From positions 62,001 through 126,000 of the forward strand of contig NIVC01001942.1 in NCBI GenBank assembly GCA_002269645.1: a stretch of 64,000 bases of DNA, given 5' to 3'. The translations under genes were made by a program, and so were the position numbers. Positions 35,701 to 47,700 of the stretch are shown here, piece by piece. Numbering within the stretch: position 1 is the first letter of the stretch; each line of letters opens with the position of its first letter. This stretch comes from Macrostomum lignano. Taxonomy: Eukaryota. The notes beneath the pieces were generated by a model that was not told the DNA's origin, ran no database searches, and worked only from the letters and a program-made list of their open reading frames with translations.

Positions 35701-37029
35701 TACTACTACTAATAATAATGGTACTCGTAGTTATAACTATAATGATAATAGCAAAAAATATAATAATCAGAAACTTAAAGCAGAAAGCATTGCAAAATTG
35801 TCTTACAACTAAGAACACGAACTGGCTATACTGTTTTTCGCATTTCTCCTCCCCCGTTCCAGAATCCGAAGGACCCCCCGCGACGAGGGCGCGGGTAATT
35901 AGACCAGAGAATCTCCTGGTTGCCAGGCGCATCCCAATCGGAAGAATCCTCTGCCTTCCAACCAAAGAAATAAGATAGCTAATCGGCAAAGATCACAGGG
36001 GAGTCCCCGCTGAGTTGCCGGCGCAGTAGAACATGCCAGCGCCTGTAGATGCCTATATAGGATCCATCTCACCAGCACCTGTTTGCACTGCCCCATCGCA
36101 ATCAAGCTTTACTAAGATGTTCAGATAAAAGCAGTACAAGTCTAAATGACCAACAATCCGCCCCAAAATTCATACATTACCCCACCATAGTAATTAGCAG
36201 GTCCCAACAACACAGAATTTATTCTATTCTAAAATCAACCGGACCGCTGCGTGGAGTGGGATATCGTTTGACTTTTTTCTCCTTTGTCCCACTCTCTTTC
36301 TCTCTGTCTCTCTCTCATGTGTTTATCTGCCCGGCATCCGGGAGCCTGATTCCCTAACTGACCACCATGCCTCTCTCTACACTTTGTCTTTGCCTTATCA
36401 TTGTCTGTAAGCAAGGGAGCAAGCAAACAACATTTTGGGTATTGCGCGATTATGAACTAAGAGGGGCCGGCCCCGATTCTGTGTGCTGTCTGCTAATCCT
36501 AGAAGAAGATCAAAAACAGTAGCTAGCTGGGCTATCTGTGGCTATGCAAATTGCACATGCAAACATGCGCGGCCTGTGTATGCGCCCAGGTAAACCGCAA
36601 CCAGCTTCAAGCCTTGGCTGTGCGGCCTGTGTCTGCAGTAGAGGACTACTCGAAAAATAGCAAAGAGGTTTTTGGTGCCGGGTCTGGGTAGGATCTGTAG
36701 AACCGCATCTAGTATCAGGCTGGATGTTGGATGGGCAAAATTTTACGAGTATAAGAAATGAAGCAAAACCAGAGATCCGGTATGGATATTTGGGGTGAAG
36801 TGGTTGCTCAATAGCTTCTAGACGATGGTTTAATGCGTTTAATTTAGTTTAAAAAATTGCTACACATATTTCAGTAGTATAAAAAGGTTACTAACAGCGG
36901 AATTTACTACCACCAATACAACAACGCTTATAAGAACGATAACAACAACACAACAATAGTAGGAACGAAACAAGCACAAAACAAGAAAAAATAGCAGCAA
37001 CCACGAAAACAGCATTAATAACAATAAAA

Positions 37030-37435
37030 GTACACAATCTACCATTGTCTGACTCCAAAACCACAGACAAAATCTACCATTGTCTGACTCCAAAACCATA
37101 GACACAATCTACCATTGTCTGACTCCAAAACCATAGACACAATCTACCATTGTCTGACTCCAAAACCACAGACACAATCTACCATTGTCTGACTCCAAAA
37201 CCATAGACACAATCTACCATTGTCTGACCCCAAAACCATAGACACAATCTACCATTGTCTGACTCCAAAACCATATACACAATCTACCATTGTCTGACTC
37301 CAAAACCACAGACACAATCTACCATTGTCTGACTCCAAAACCATAGACACAATCTACCATTGTCTGACTCCAAAACCATAGACACCTTCTACCTTTGTCT
37401 GACTCCAAAACCACAGACACAATCTACCATTGTCT
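37030..37435. repeat. 35-bp minisatellite
   Basis: ACAATCTACCATTGTCTGACTCCAAAACCA(T/C)AGAC units. Confidence 0.92.
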
Positions 37436-37579
37436 GTATCTATATGTTAATATGTATATATGTCTATGTCTATATGTTAAAATAGTAGAAAGCATATTTT
37501 ACCTGCCTTGCAAATCAATCCAATGCGAGTATACTAAAACTGAAGTTTTAGTCTATCTTAAGTTGCTAAATAATAATAA

Positions 37580-37855
37580 TAATAATACTAATTGATTACA
37601 CTTGCTCTAATGGCCAGATGTGCAACCGACAGCTCAGCCGCGCATCTGAAGGCTGCGTACGGCTGTTCAGTCCAAGGACTGGGGGTGGCCACACACACCC
37701 TCAATTACCCCAGCTAATGCTGGCACCCATTTTACAGCTGGGTGAACTGAAGCAATGCAGAGTTAAGTGTCTTGCTCAAGGACGCGAATTCTTCCAGTGG
37801 AATCGGAATCGAACCCCCGACCTTCAAGTCGTGAGTCCGACGCTCTAACCACTTT
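37580..37855 (-). mobile_element. SINE family 1, full length
   Basis: Minus strand A box TGGCAAAGTGG, B box GGTTCGATTCC, CORE-like domain, (ATT)n tail. Confidence 0.85.
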
Positions 37856-39049
37856 GCCAAAACCTCTAAAAATCACTACTTGTCAGTTATCATATCCTAT
37901 CTTATCTTATGGCATCTGGCATGCTTATAAAAAATCATAAAAAACTTTCCTCTAAAGTGCTAATTAATAGCCTGGCATTAATTAACTCACCTGCCTCCCA
38001 AACAGTTTTCTCTAGAAAGCATTGGCGCTTTTCAGGATGTCAAACTTACCATTTGAATTTTTTCTACAATAGAGAAATCTTATACACTTAATGCCTACGT
38101 GCGTGAGGCTCAGGCGTGGGCGTTGTGCGTGTATGCTCGATCGTATGTGAGTCAGCAAGGAGTGAAGCAGGTGAAGCAAGGATATAAAGACTTATACAGA
38201 CAAAACATCTGGCATCTACGCGCATCTAAACCAGCAACTTAACCCCGATTCCCCAATGCTGGCTTTGCCCTAGGCCTATAACAATCAAGCGCCGAAATGA
38301 AGGGCGAATAAAGTTCCAAGAAGAAACTTAGAAAGAATAATTAAGGCTGAAGTTCCCGAGTTTCAACTGGCAATAGGCTTGAAAGAAGTGAGGCATTTTT
38401 AGTCTGAAGTAGCTATAGAAGTAAGAAAGCTGAATGCTTTTCGTGTAGCGCGGCAGAGAGTTCTCCTATCTGTCTGTGTCTCTCACCCCCGCATTTGCGC
38501 ATAAGCTGCGGTGGTACAGTGTAGTCATAAATTATAAATGGAGCTCGTTTGACCGCGTGCGCGTTGTGTGCACGCTTGTACATTCAGTTTATATCAACGT
38601 TGCTGAGCGAAGCTCGGATTGAAAGTTCGCTGGCGCACAATGGCCAAGCCAATGGGGGCAAAGGCGAGAGATAGCGAGAGAGGTGGAGCGGCGGAAGGCT
38701 TTAAATCTAAGCAGCTTTAAATGGTGGATGCGAAATATCAGCTCGTTCGCGCTTAACTATCCGGGGTCGGACTGAGCGCGCGGTTTAGAGACAGTTTTCA
38801 GTTCGGAAGCCGCCAGTCTGCCTATCTGCCTTTACTGTTGTTTACCCAGCTAGCGCTATAAAGTTGAAAGCTGCCACTTTCCAAACTGCGTGCTGTGATC
38901 TAACAGCTTGGAGAATCAGACTAAATCAAGCTACTTCTAGCCCGGACTGAAGCCTTGGCAGAATGGGAAGCGCTAACGACGTCGAGAAGCTCACTTTCGA
39001 AGTGAGACTGCCCAATATTGTGAGTCGAAATGCTATACTAAAAGATTGT

Positions 39050-39335
39050 GTACACCCTGGAGCAACAATTTTGGCGACATTGACCCAAAACCAGCGCTGA
39101 GGCAGTTCTGCCCATTCCGCTGACTCCTGAGCACATGCCAGCGCCCCAGTACTGTACACAGGCACGCACTCATGCACACGCTCATATTGGCCTATCCCTC
39201 ATGGGTGTGAATCGCACAACCAACCCCGGCCAAGTTTTTACTCACAAGCTTCAAATTACGAACGTGGTGATGGCCGCGCACGGAATCGAGCCAGAGGTCG
39301 TGGCGCCAGAGCCTAACCCTTGAGCCACTCTACCC
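39050..39335 (-). mobile_element. SINE family 2
   Basis: tRNA-like head (TGGCTCAAGGG ... GGCTCGATTCC) plus the shared core. Confidence 0.7.
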
Positions 39336-39447
39336 CAAGATAGGAGTTAGAATTACATTCATAATTATCCACGTATTAACTGCAACTGGTGCTAATCGAA
39401 GTCCAGGATTAACTTCTGTTTCTTATTCAGTTCGCAGTTGACTTCAG

Positions 39448-41901
39448 CATCAGACTCTTAGGCCTCCTTTACCTGTCATTCAACACCCCTCTCGTACTCC
39501 TCAGAAACGCTTGGTCATTCACCATAGCAACCGCAACAGCAACAGCAAGCTGTCGACAATTAAGGAGGCGCTGGACTCTGGCCTCTCGCGGTGCCTCTCC
39601 GAAGGCCAGGAGCAACCCATTCGCAATCTGATTGAGGATCTGAAGAATTTTCAGCAGACTTGGTGCAACAATACCAGATTCCTGAGCATTGATGAGGCCG
39701 AACAGACCTGTCACCTGCATCTAATGGTGATCCAGGAGCCTGCTCACCTCATCATGCTGTCGAACAAGGTCACCAGCCGGCTGAACAACTCGCAATTTCT
39801 GGTTCCGCCATCTCAGACCGCCGCCGCGCCTGCTCAGAACTCAACTTCCGCCATTGGTGCCGGCATGTTGAAGCCGAGGCCGGCGCCAAAGCCTCAGAAG
39901 CCGCCGAAGTCGCCGGCGCTGGCAGCGCGGATGGCGCTGCGCCGCCACGAGTCGGAGTCGTCGGTGACGAAGCCATCGTCATCGCTGCCCGTGTCTACGG
40001 TGGGCAACGCGCTTTCGGCGTCCACCAACTCGGTGGCCGCCAGCGACTCGGCCGGCAGCGATCTTTCCGACATCAAAGAGGAAAGCCAGTCGCCAAAACT
40101 GGACCTGCGAAAGACATTCTACAGCGAGGACATTTTTGGAGGCTCAGATTCAGCTGCCGATGCCGAAGCGGCGATGAATGCGGCGGCGGCGCAGAATTTC
40201 GCTTGCGCAAACGCGCTTGAAGAATTGATTTCTACGGAGAAGAAGTACATTCGGCGAATGGAGCTCTTGTCAGATCATTACTATCCTCGAGTGAGCGCAG
40301 ATCTGCCTCACCTGGCTGGCCAGCTGAGTGATATCTTTCAGGAGTTTGAAACCTTCAAGAAGCTGCACCAGGAGCTGCTGATGGAAGTTGAGAAAGTCAG
40401 TCGAGAAGCTGACGGTGACATCAGTAGGTTTCGTCTTGGCCCAGTGATGGCAAAGTACGGGAAACACCTGCTATTGTACTCCACCTATTACTTGAAATAC
40501 AAGCAGCACCTGAACCAGATTAGCGAGTGGATGCATGACGAAGCCTGCAAGGCGGCCTTTCAGCGTGCGCGCAACGACTGCCCGGAGGCCGCCGACCGCA
40601 TGCTGGACGTGACGAGCCACATGCTTGAGCCGGTGCAGCGCCCGCTCCGCTACCCGATGCTCATGTCTCGCTACTTGAAAGAGATCGGCACCAACCACTC
40701 GGACTACGAGCGCGCCAAGCAAGCGCTCGCCATCATAGAGAAGGTGACAGACGGCTTCAACGTGAAAATGTCAGAGGTGGAGAGCATGAAGAAGCTGTTG
40801 GATATCCTGGCTGAAGTAATCTTTCCTGCCGAGCTGCAAGAAGCGAAGATGAACTTCATGTGTTCCCAGTACCTAATGAGCGCCAAGGTTTTGAAGATCT
40901 CGTCAAAGAATCGCCAGCAGATTCGCTTTCTAATCCTGTCCTCCACGATGCTGCTGCTTTGCGAGGTGTCGGCTCTCAACTGGAAGACCGTGCAGATGGT
41001 CATCCCGGTCGACAGCAGTTTGGTGCTGACTCTGGACGAGAAGCTGAGTGCCGATTATCCAAACTGCATCCGCCTGAAAACGCAGCAGAAGACCTACGAC
41101 ATTTCTTTTGGAACTCTAGACGAATTCGATCAGTGGATCGCCGGCTTCAAGCGACTAAACGTCACATTCGGTGATTCGAACCCCGATGACGAGAAATTTC
41201 CCTGGAAGACTTTCAAAGACGAGGATCTGGGCAGGAAACAGCCGATGAAGCTGAAGGATCAAGACGTCTCACAGTGTCAAGCGTGCAACATCAACTTTAA
41301 TGTAGTGCGACGCCGGCACCACTGTCGACTGTGCGGCGGAATCTTCTGCGGCGGCTGCAGTAAGTACGAATGCCCGGTGGCCTGGGCCAAAAACGAACCC
41401 AAACGGGCCTGCTTCTTCTGCAGGGACCGAATCAACAGGCGAGACTGCACCAATTGGCCATTGGACTCCAAGCACCGGGATTTGATTGACAAATTTAACA
41501 AGCGAAACAGCGACGCCAGAGCGGCCGTCATCCAGGGCTACCTCAACGTGCGCGTTGACGTGAAACAAGAAAAGAAGGAGAAGGCACCCGGCTTCCTGCG
41601 GGTTCACTGGGTGAAAATGTGGTGCACAGTAGAAAATTCGCTGTTGAACATCTACCGAATGAAAAACGACTTCGTGGCGGGACACACGGTGGTTCTGCCG
41701 ATGAACTTGACTGTTGAAATGCTCGAAGACGCGTCGGAGATTCAGCTGAATGTGACCTCATCGAACGGCATAATCAGCACCTGCCGGCTGCGCATGACGG
41801 ATGAATCGAGTCTGCGGTCCTCGGAGCGAGAGGCCTCGCACCTGCACGAGTGGTTCGACATCCTCAAAAAAGAATCTGAGGCTTTGAGTCCCACATCCTG
41901 A
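39448..41901 (+). CDS. FGD: FGD/frabin-type Cdc42 GEF (DH-PH-FYVE-PH) in a single long exon; 5' end unresolved
   Basis: DH domain (EELISTEKKY, HMLEPVQRPLRY), PH, FYVE (RRRHHCRLCGGIFCGGCS) preceded by LGRKQP with no WxxD as in FGD1-4, then a C-terminal PH. The frame is open from 39442 but the first ATG is at 39724. Confidence 0.88.
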   Translation, partial: HQTLRPPLPVIQHPSRTPQKRLVIHHSNRNSNSKLSTIKEALDSGLSRCLSEGQEQPIRNLIEDLKNFQQTWCNNTRFLSIDEAEQTCHLHLMVIQEPAHLIMLSNKVTSRLNNSQFLVPPSQTAAAPAQNSTSAIGAGMLKPRPAPKPQKPPKSPALAARMALRRHESESSVTKPSSSLPVSTVGNALSASTNSVAASDSAGSDLSDIKEESQSPKLDLRKTFYSEDIFGGSDSAADAEAAMNAAAAQNFACANALEELISTEKKYIRRMELLSDHYYPRVSADLPHLAGQLSDIFQEFETFKKLHQELLMEVEKVSREADGDISRFRLGPVMAKYGKHLLLYSTYYLKYKQHLNQISEWMHDEACKAAFQRARNDCPEAADRMLDVTSHMLEPVQRPLRYPMLMSRYLKEIGTNHSDYERAKQALAIIEKVTDGFNVKMSEVESMKKLLDILAEVIFPAELQEAKMNFMCSQYLMSAKVLKISSKNRQQIRFLILSSTMLLLCEVSALNWKTVQMVIPVDSSLVLTLDEKLSADYPNCIRLKTQQKTYDISFGTLDEFDQWIAGFKRLNVTFGDSNPDDEKFPWKTFKDEDLGRKQPMKLKDQDVSQCQACNINFNVVRRRHHCRLCGGIFCGGCSKYECPVAWAKNEPKRACFFCRDRINRRDCTNWPLDSKHRDLIDKFNKRNSDARAAVIQGYLNVRVDVKQEKKEKAPGFLRVHWVKMWCTVENSLLNIYRMKNDFVAGHTVVLPMNLTVEMLEDASEIQLNVTSSNGIISTCRLRMTDESSLRSSEREASHLHEWFDILKKESEALSPTS

Positions 41902-42884
41902 ACCGATTCGTGCTGGCAACAATGTTTTTACTTTTCCACGTATTCTTATTTGTGTTTTTTGTCATGGACACATTCTTTCCATTTGGTATGGTTTCGCTGA
42001 AGTTATTTCAATATTCAGTATGCAGAAACTGACAGCCATATAGAAGCAATAAGAAATTAACAACCTTGATCTGATGCGTTGAACTCTGTTTCAATAACAA
42101 TAAATTTCTATAATGAGTAAAGTTCGTATTGAATAATGTGAATTGTAAATAATTAGCTAAATAAATCATTGCATACTGCGTTCAAAAACAACAATATTCT
42201 CAATTAGCAAGCCCCATACCATGCAAGGCTATCGCGTACTTATAAGTGCAGCCGTATTTTTTCAAAGCGTTAAGCATCACTTTGCGCTCGCTACGTCGCA
42301 TTATTTCCGTGGGTTTACACGCTTGCTATCGATGTTGGGACGGAAATGCTCGCGCTTAGCAACGCGCAAGTTATTTCAGTGAATCACAGCTGACTGTATC
42401 ATTGTGCTGCTTTTAATCTACGCCTCATGGCCTTATTAGGGTACTGTTTATTAGCCTTCTAGAGCCTCTCCCGTTGGTAAACTAACTTGTGTAGCCGTTT
42501 TAGCAAGTAAAGAATTCCGAATTGCTTGTATCCTCTTATCAGCCCCAGCCATCCTGGGCCGTACAGTTCGGTGTGTATGTACATTCACTGAGTTGCATAG
42601 TTTTAACTACACGAGCGTAGGTGCCTAACCGAAGGTCTGAGAGCGGCTAATCTCTCAGTGTAGCTGGCTGATAGCGCAGGCCTATTACTCGGACTCCGAG
42701 TTGCCTGTTGCATGACTCAGACGCGGGCAAGATAAGGCTTAACGAGAGACCCTGGGTCTTGCCTTACCCCACTTCACGACAGAATGTGCTCGTTAGCGCT
42801 TGGCTCTAGTTTTTAAACACGGGCATTAAAGAAAAATAGAAGAGAGCGCATAAATTGCATTAGCTAGCTTACTCGAACGTGGAA

Positions 42885-44307
42885 ATGAAGAATTTAAATG
42901 CTGCAAATCTTCTTCTAGCGTGCTGCACAGGAGCGCTGCTTATTGCTCTGCAGTTTGGTGAGCTCGAACAATGGCGTGCTCCATTTTTTGCTGGTTTATG
43001 TTCAACTATGAGTGGTAAACTTATGGTGTACAAATGGAAACAGCTGTCATAATACTCCTAGATGCTGCTTGACTTCACGATTCAACGCTAACCCTGACCC
43101 TAACAATGCGACCTAATTGGAAACTCGATTCAATTATTGGATGATGATAACTTATAACAGAATAGTGCAATAGAAGTCATAACTCAAGCGAAAAAAAGTT
43201 TAAATTCCGCTTGAAAAAATAGGGAAGCGGCTTGGTGAAGTGGCGGCAGTTTCTCTATTACGAGCCTAGATACCATTATTGAACTGATAAAGAGTGTAGA
43301 GAAATCCAATGAGCATCCAATCATTCTACGTACGAGTATCTAGCTCGGACCCAATGGATTTAGCACAATGTCTTCATTTGCCGTGTTTCCCATGTTGCTA
43401 ATGGAAGTTGGCATACTCACTTCTAGGAGAGAAACTCAGCTATAAGGCCTTACTAAAAAGTTCATTTTAGACACTTGAACTGTCCAAAACGTATTTTGTT
43501 CCCAGCTCCGGCTCAGGCTCGCCGGCCGCCGTCCAGCAATGACCGAGGCGGCAACTTCAGCTGCTACGAGTGCAACGTGTTTCGAGGCGAGACCGGAGCA
43601 CGAGTGCAATGCCAAGAGTATACGGAGGATCCAGAGACTAAAACTAGGAATTGGATCATTGTACCAATCAACCGGCTGCCAATCACTAAGAAGATGTGCA
43701 AAGCCTGCGGCACCTATGTCACCTGGAGCGAGAATCATCATAGAAAGCCAAGGGGCGGCGATGAAAGTCAAGGTGAGCTGCGAGAAATAATGGCTTCAAA
43801 CTTGCTTTTTTACATGATCATGATGCTATCTGATCTGATCTGACCTCTCTCCTACCGGTATCTCTAGCTGGTTTCCCTATAGGACCTGTACCTGGCCTCT
43901 CTATGGGACATGTACCTGGTGTGTCTCTATACAGGGACCTGTACCTGGCCTGTCTATGGGACATGTACATGGCCTCTCTATACAGGGACCTGTACCTGGC
44001 CTATGTATGAGACCTCTACCTAGTTTATAGAGGGACCTCTACCTGGTCTCTCGTTAGTCAAGCCTTAATGTTCATATTATTTTAAGTCTCCTGTCAGAAA
44101 TCGCCAGCAAAAACGCCCTGCCCTGCCCTGCCCGCAGTGACCCTCGTGATCAGTCGTTTCTGCATGGAAGAAGAAGTGGACAGTCGATTTCACAACGGCA
44201 GATGCGTTGAAAACCTGGGCTCTCATTCCATCATGCAGCGGTGTTTCTGTTTCAGCGACAACTGCAACAACTACGAGAGCTGGAGTATGACCAAGTTCGG
44301 GCCATGA
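42885..44307 (+). CDS. Secreted Ly6/uPAR (three-finger, quiver-like) protein, 169 aa, 3 exons
   Basis: Exons 42885-42957, 43506-43772, 44138-44307 with two phase-1 junctions. Signal peptide MKNLNAANLLLACCTGALLIALQFAPAQA; 10 mature Cys, from FSCYECN to CFCFSDNCN. Confidence 0.78.
43875..44050. repeat. Degenerate ~27-bp minisatellite in Ly6 gene intron 2
   Basis: CTCTATACAGGGACCTGTACCTGGCCT-like units. Confidence 0.75.
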
Positions 44308-44758
44308 TGGCTGACTGAAATGTGATCCGTGATGCGACTTATCATCCTACTATGAGTACGACTGAGTGCAATGCTTTAGTGTCTATTGTACATACCAATA
44401 TTTACTACAAACTCGAAGGTTATCAGGCACATCGTTGGCATCATTTTTATTATCTTTGTTACAACTTGAACCCATCAAATGAGACGACGAAACTGATATA
44501 TAAAGCGTTTGTATTTAAAATATACGGTCGCATATAGACTGTGTTGTCGTTTCGTCGATACAAACAGTTGGTTTCCTTTTGCATCAGTATTTTCTGCTTT
44601 TGATAGGAAATTACGCTCCTAATTACGAATATTTATTCAAGGCAATAGAAAAAGCGCATGGCTCTAGTTTGATCAGTCGTCTATATCTAATTTTCGAGTA
44701 GGATACAACATATAGCAAAAATAGGTATAAGCTTTCGTCAAGCTTCGTCAAAGCTATG

Positions 44759-47700
44759 TCAGTGCAGTGAAAACTCTCGCTGCATGGTGGACAAGGACCT
44801 GTTGAATGCGTCGAACACCACGGACGAGGTGAACAACTCGTTGAGGTGTCGCATGTCCTCGGGCGCCTGGCGAGCGATCTCCGTCCACACGGAGGCTGGC
44901 ACTTCGGCGTTGTCCTCCATCAATTTGAGTGCCGCCTGTTGAGTCATCAGGCCTGCGAAAATTGATGTCAGGCATAGGACACACATGAAATTGTATTGCG
45001 CTGCTGTCCCTCCCCACTCACTGAGGCTGCTGTCCCTCCTCACTCACTGAGGCTGCTGTCCCTCCCCACTCACTGAGGCTGCTGTCCCTCCTCACTCACT
45101 GAGGCTGCTGTCCCTCCTCACTCACTGAGGCTGCTGTCCCTCCCCACTCACTGAGGCTGCTGTCCCCCCTCACTCACTGAGGATGCTGTCCCCTCCCCAC
45201 TCACTGAGGCTGCTGTCCCTCCCCACTCACTGAGGCTGCTGTCCCTCCTCACTCACTGAGGATGCTGTCCCTCCCCACTCACTGAGGCTGCTGTCCCTCC
45301 TCACTCACTGAGGCTGCTGTCCCTCCCCACTCACTGAGGCTGCTGTCCCTCCTCACTCACTGAGGATGCTGTCCCCTCCCCACTCACTGAGGATGCTGTC
45401 TCCTCCCCACTCACTGAGGATGCTGTCTCCTCCCCACTGACTGAGGATGCTGTCCACTCACTGAGGATGCTGTCCCCTCCCCACTCACTGAGGCCTTACT
45501 CTCTCAAGAGCTTCAGAGCCCCAGACACCGCAACGCGATCCCCTGCCCCTCGGCAGCTCACCGGACTCCTCCGCCACCCTCTGGATAAGCGAGTCAGCCA
45601 GCCAGCCGAGCTCCACCCAGGCCTCCATGGCGAAGAAGCAGCCGATGGCGTCCCCCACCGTCAGGCAGCCGTAGCCAACGAGGTGCAAAGCCAGCTCGAC
45701 GCTCGGCTGCCGCTGCAGCAGCTGGCGGAACTGCCCGGCGTCCAAGCCGACCGTTGCTACGCCGTAGGCAACGGCAGCTTCAGCGCGGCCGGCGCGCACC
45801 AGGCACTCGACAGCGCGGACGCCCGAGGCTGATCCGGCGTCGGCAGCGGTCGCGGCAGTTCGGTCGAAAACAACGTGAGCAAGTTCGAAGCTTCTATGCG
45901 CCTGGAAGATTATCTCGTAGATTTAGCGAAACTTGGTCTGATTGTTTTCCTTAAGAAACTCATGTAGAAACCCAAAGAGACAAACACAAACCTGGCCTGG
46001 TCGGCAGTCTCCGTGATCCGCTAACAGGTCGCCAATCGGCTCAGTAAGCGTCAGCAGGTCGTTGGTTGTCCAGTGCTCAACCAGGTCAACACGATCTCTG
46101 AATGAATTTTATTGAGTTACAATCAGTGCCTTAGTTGCGGTTGAATCTGCTGACTACAGGATAGTAAATTCGGGCGTATTTATATTTATATTTACGTAAT
46201 AAAAAAAGTTCTCATTTCCAATGGCACAGTTAGATGAGGACTTTGTTCATTAGTCAGTTACTTTGCAGGAGGTCTTTGGGTGCTGCTCAAATCAAAGCGA
46301 CAGTGGACCTGCAGTCAGCCCGCATTCCGCTGACCCTTGAGCACGCACACCGATACGGACGCTGGCAGACGCTCACACAGAGTGTCAACATAAAGCGTCG
46401 CAAATTCAATGCACGGAATGAGAAATGAGCTGCAGTGTTTACCTAGCCAGAGCCTCGGCGACACACTCGAAGCTCAATTCGGCGCCTAGTCGGCCCTCGT
46501 AGAGCGGCACGGTGACCAGCAGGGCCTCGCAGTAGGCCAGCAGCAGACCGGGGCAGCGGGCCTCCAGGTGTCTAAACTTTTGCAGCACATCCATGGTGCG
46601 CAGCAGGCCCCGGAAACTGTTGGCAGCGTGACTGGCCGCCGCAGGCAGATCGCCTGCGGCCAGGAGTTCACGGAACCTGTCTAAGCACTCGGCGGCGTTG
46701 TCAGCCTCAGCCTGTCGGGCTGGATCAGCTCCGGTGACGTCGGCATTGCTGTCCGGCACTGTGTTACGGGCGGGGGTTGGAAACCTTTTACTGACAGAGT
46801 CCCATGGAAATCCTGGCTACGCCAGAGGGTTTGTACCTTTATCTAGCATGTATCGTCTACTCTGCCTCCGACCTACACTCCTCAATTCGGTAGTCTTGTC
46901 TACCTTCGTTTAATCGTACATGCCCACCTTTGTCCGCCAGTTCGCCACCAGCAGCTGGTCGACAACGCACGTTGGCCCAATTTTGCCGAGCCGCCAGCAG
47001 GATAGTCCCGGCCAGGCTGTATCCGGGCGGGCTGCGGCCCTCCTCAAACTCTTCAGCGGCCCGGCTCGCCAGCCGAACAATCTGCTGGCGAAGTCGTTCA
47101 ACTTGCAGTGACGCCTCCAGTTCCTCCTTGCGTTTGATTTTTTCTAGCAGACTCTGGCGCAGCTGGTCGGTGCGTTCACGGCTAACGTATTGCGTCTCCG
47201 CCTTGTGACGCAGCTGCCTCAGCTGGCGGTCTACTCGGGTCTTCTCGGCCGCTAGGCTGGCTGCGTCTGTGACTTCGTCAAGGGTCATGCCTTCAGGGAG
47301 TTCGAAATGGTTTTTTAATTTTAAATTAATAATAGGGGACATTAAAAAAGATAATATGATGCAGTTGACACACCCGGCGGCAGTCGTCGCCGCAGTGGTG
47401 GCTTCGCTTTCCTGGCCGCCTCGCGTGCCTCCAACTCTTGGCGGTGCCGCTCGCGAGCCTGCAGACGGGCCTCGCGTAGTGCGTTGATTCTTGCCTGTGC
47501 TTGTTGCTCCTGCGCCTTTAGCGAGTTGATGCTAGAACGAAGGAATATTTAATTTAGAGATCATTAATTTAATTATTTATTATTAATTTATTTACTTCGA
47601 AGAATGTTGTTAATAGAATTACTTACCGACTTTCCAGTTCATCGCAGCGTTTCTTGTAGTTCTGCAAATTTGGGACAACAGCAGCGATGCTCTCCACTTT

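Noticed and set aside
34834-35989. Leu/Ser/Pro-rich and Arg/Glu/Gly-rich ORFs
   Set aside because: Low-complexity translations of the CT tract.
37800-37855. Possible tRNA gene
   Set aside because: A and B boxes are present, but there is no complete cloverleaf and it runs into the SINE body. The same applies to 1030-1092, 39270-39335, 51870-51925 and the decayed 48910-48985.
19900-38900. Sowah/ankyrin gene or a second Irx, as in bilaterian Iroquois clusters
   Set aside because: No ankyrin or second homeobox sequence was seen in the window; absence here says nothing about linkage further away.
42540-42810. Possible retroposon tail upstream of the Ly6 gene
   Set aside because: It looks repeat-like but has no second copy in the window and no diagnostic motif.
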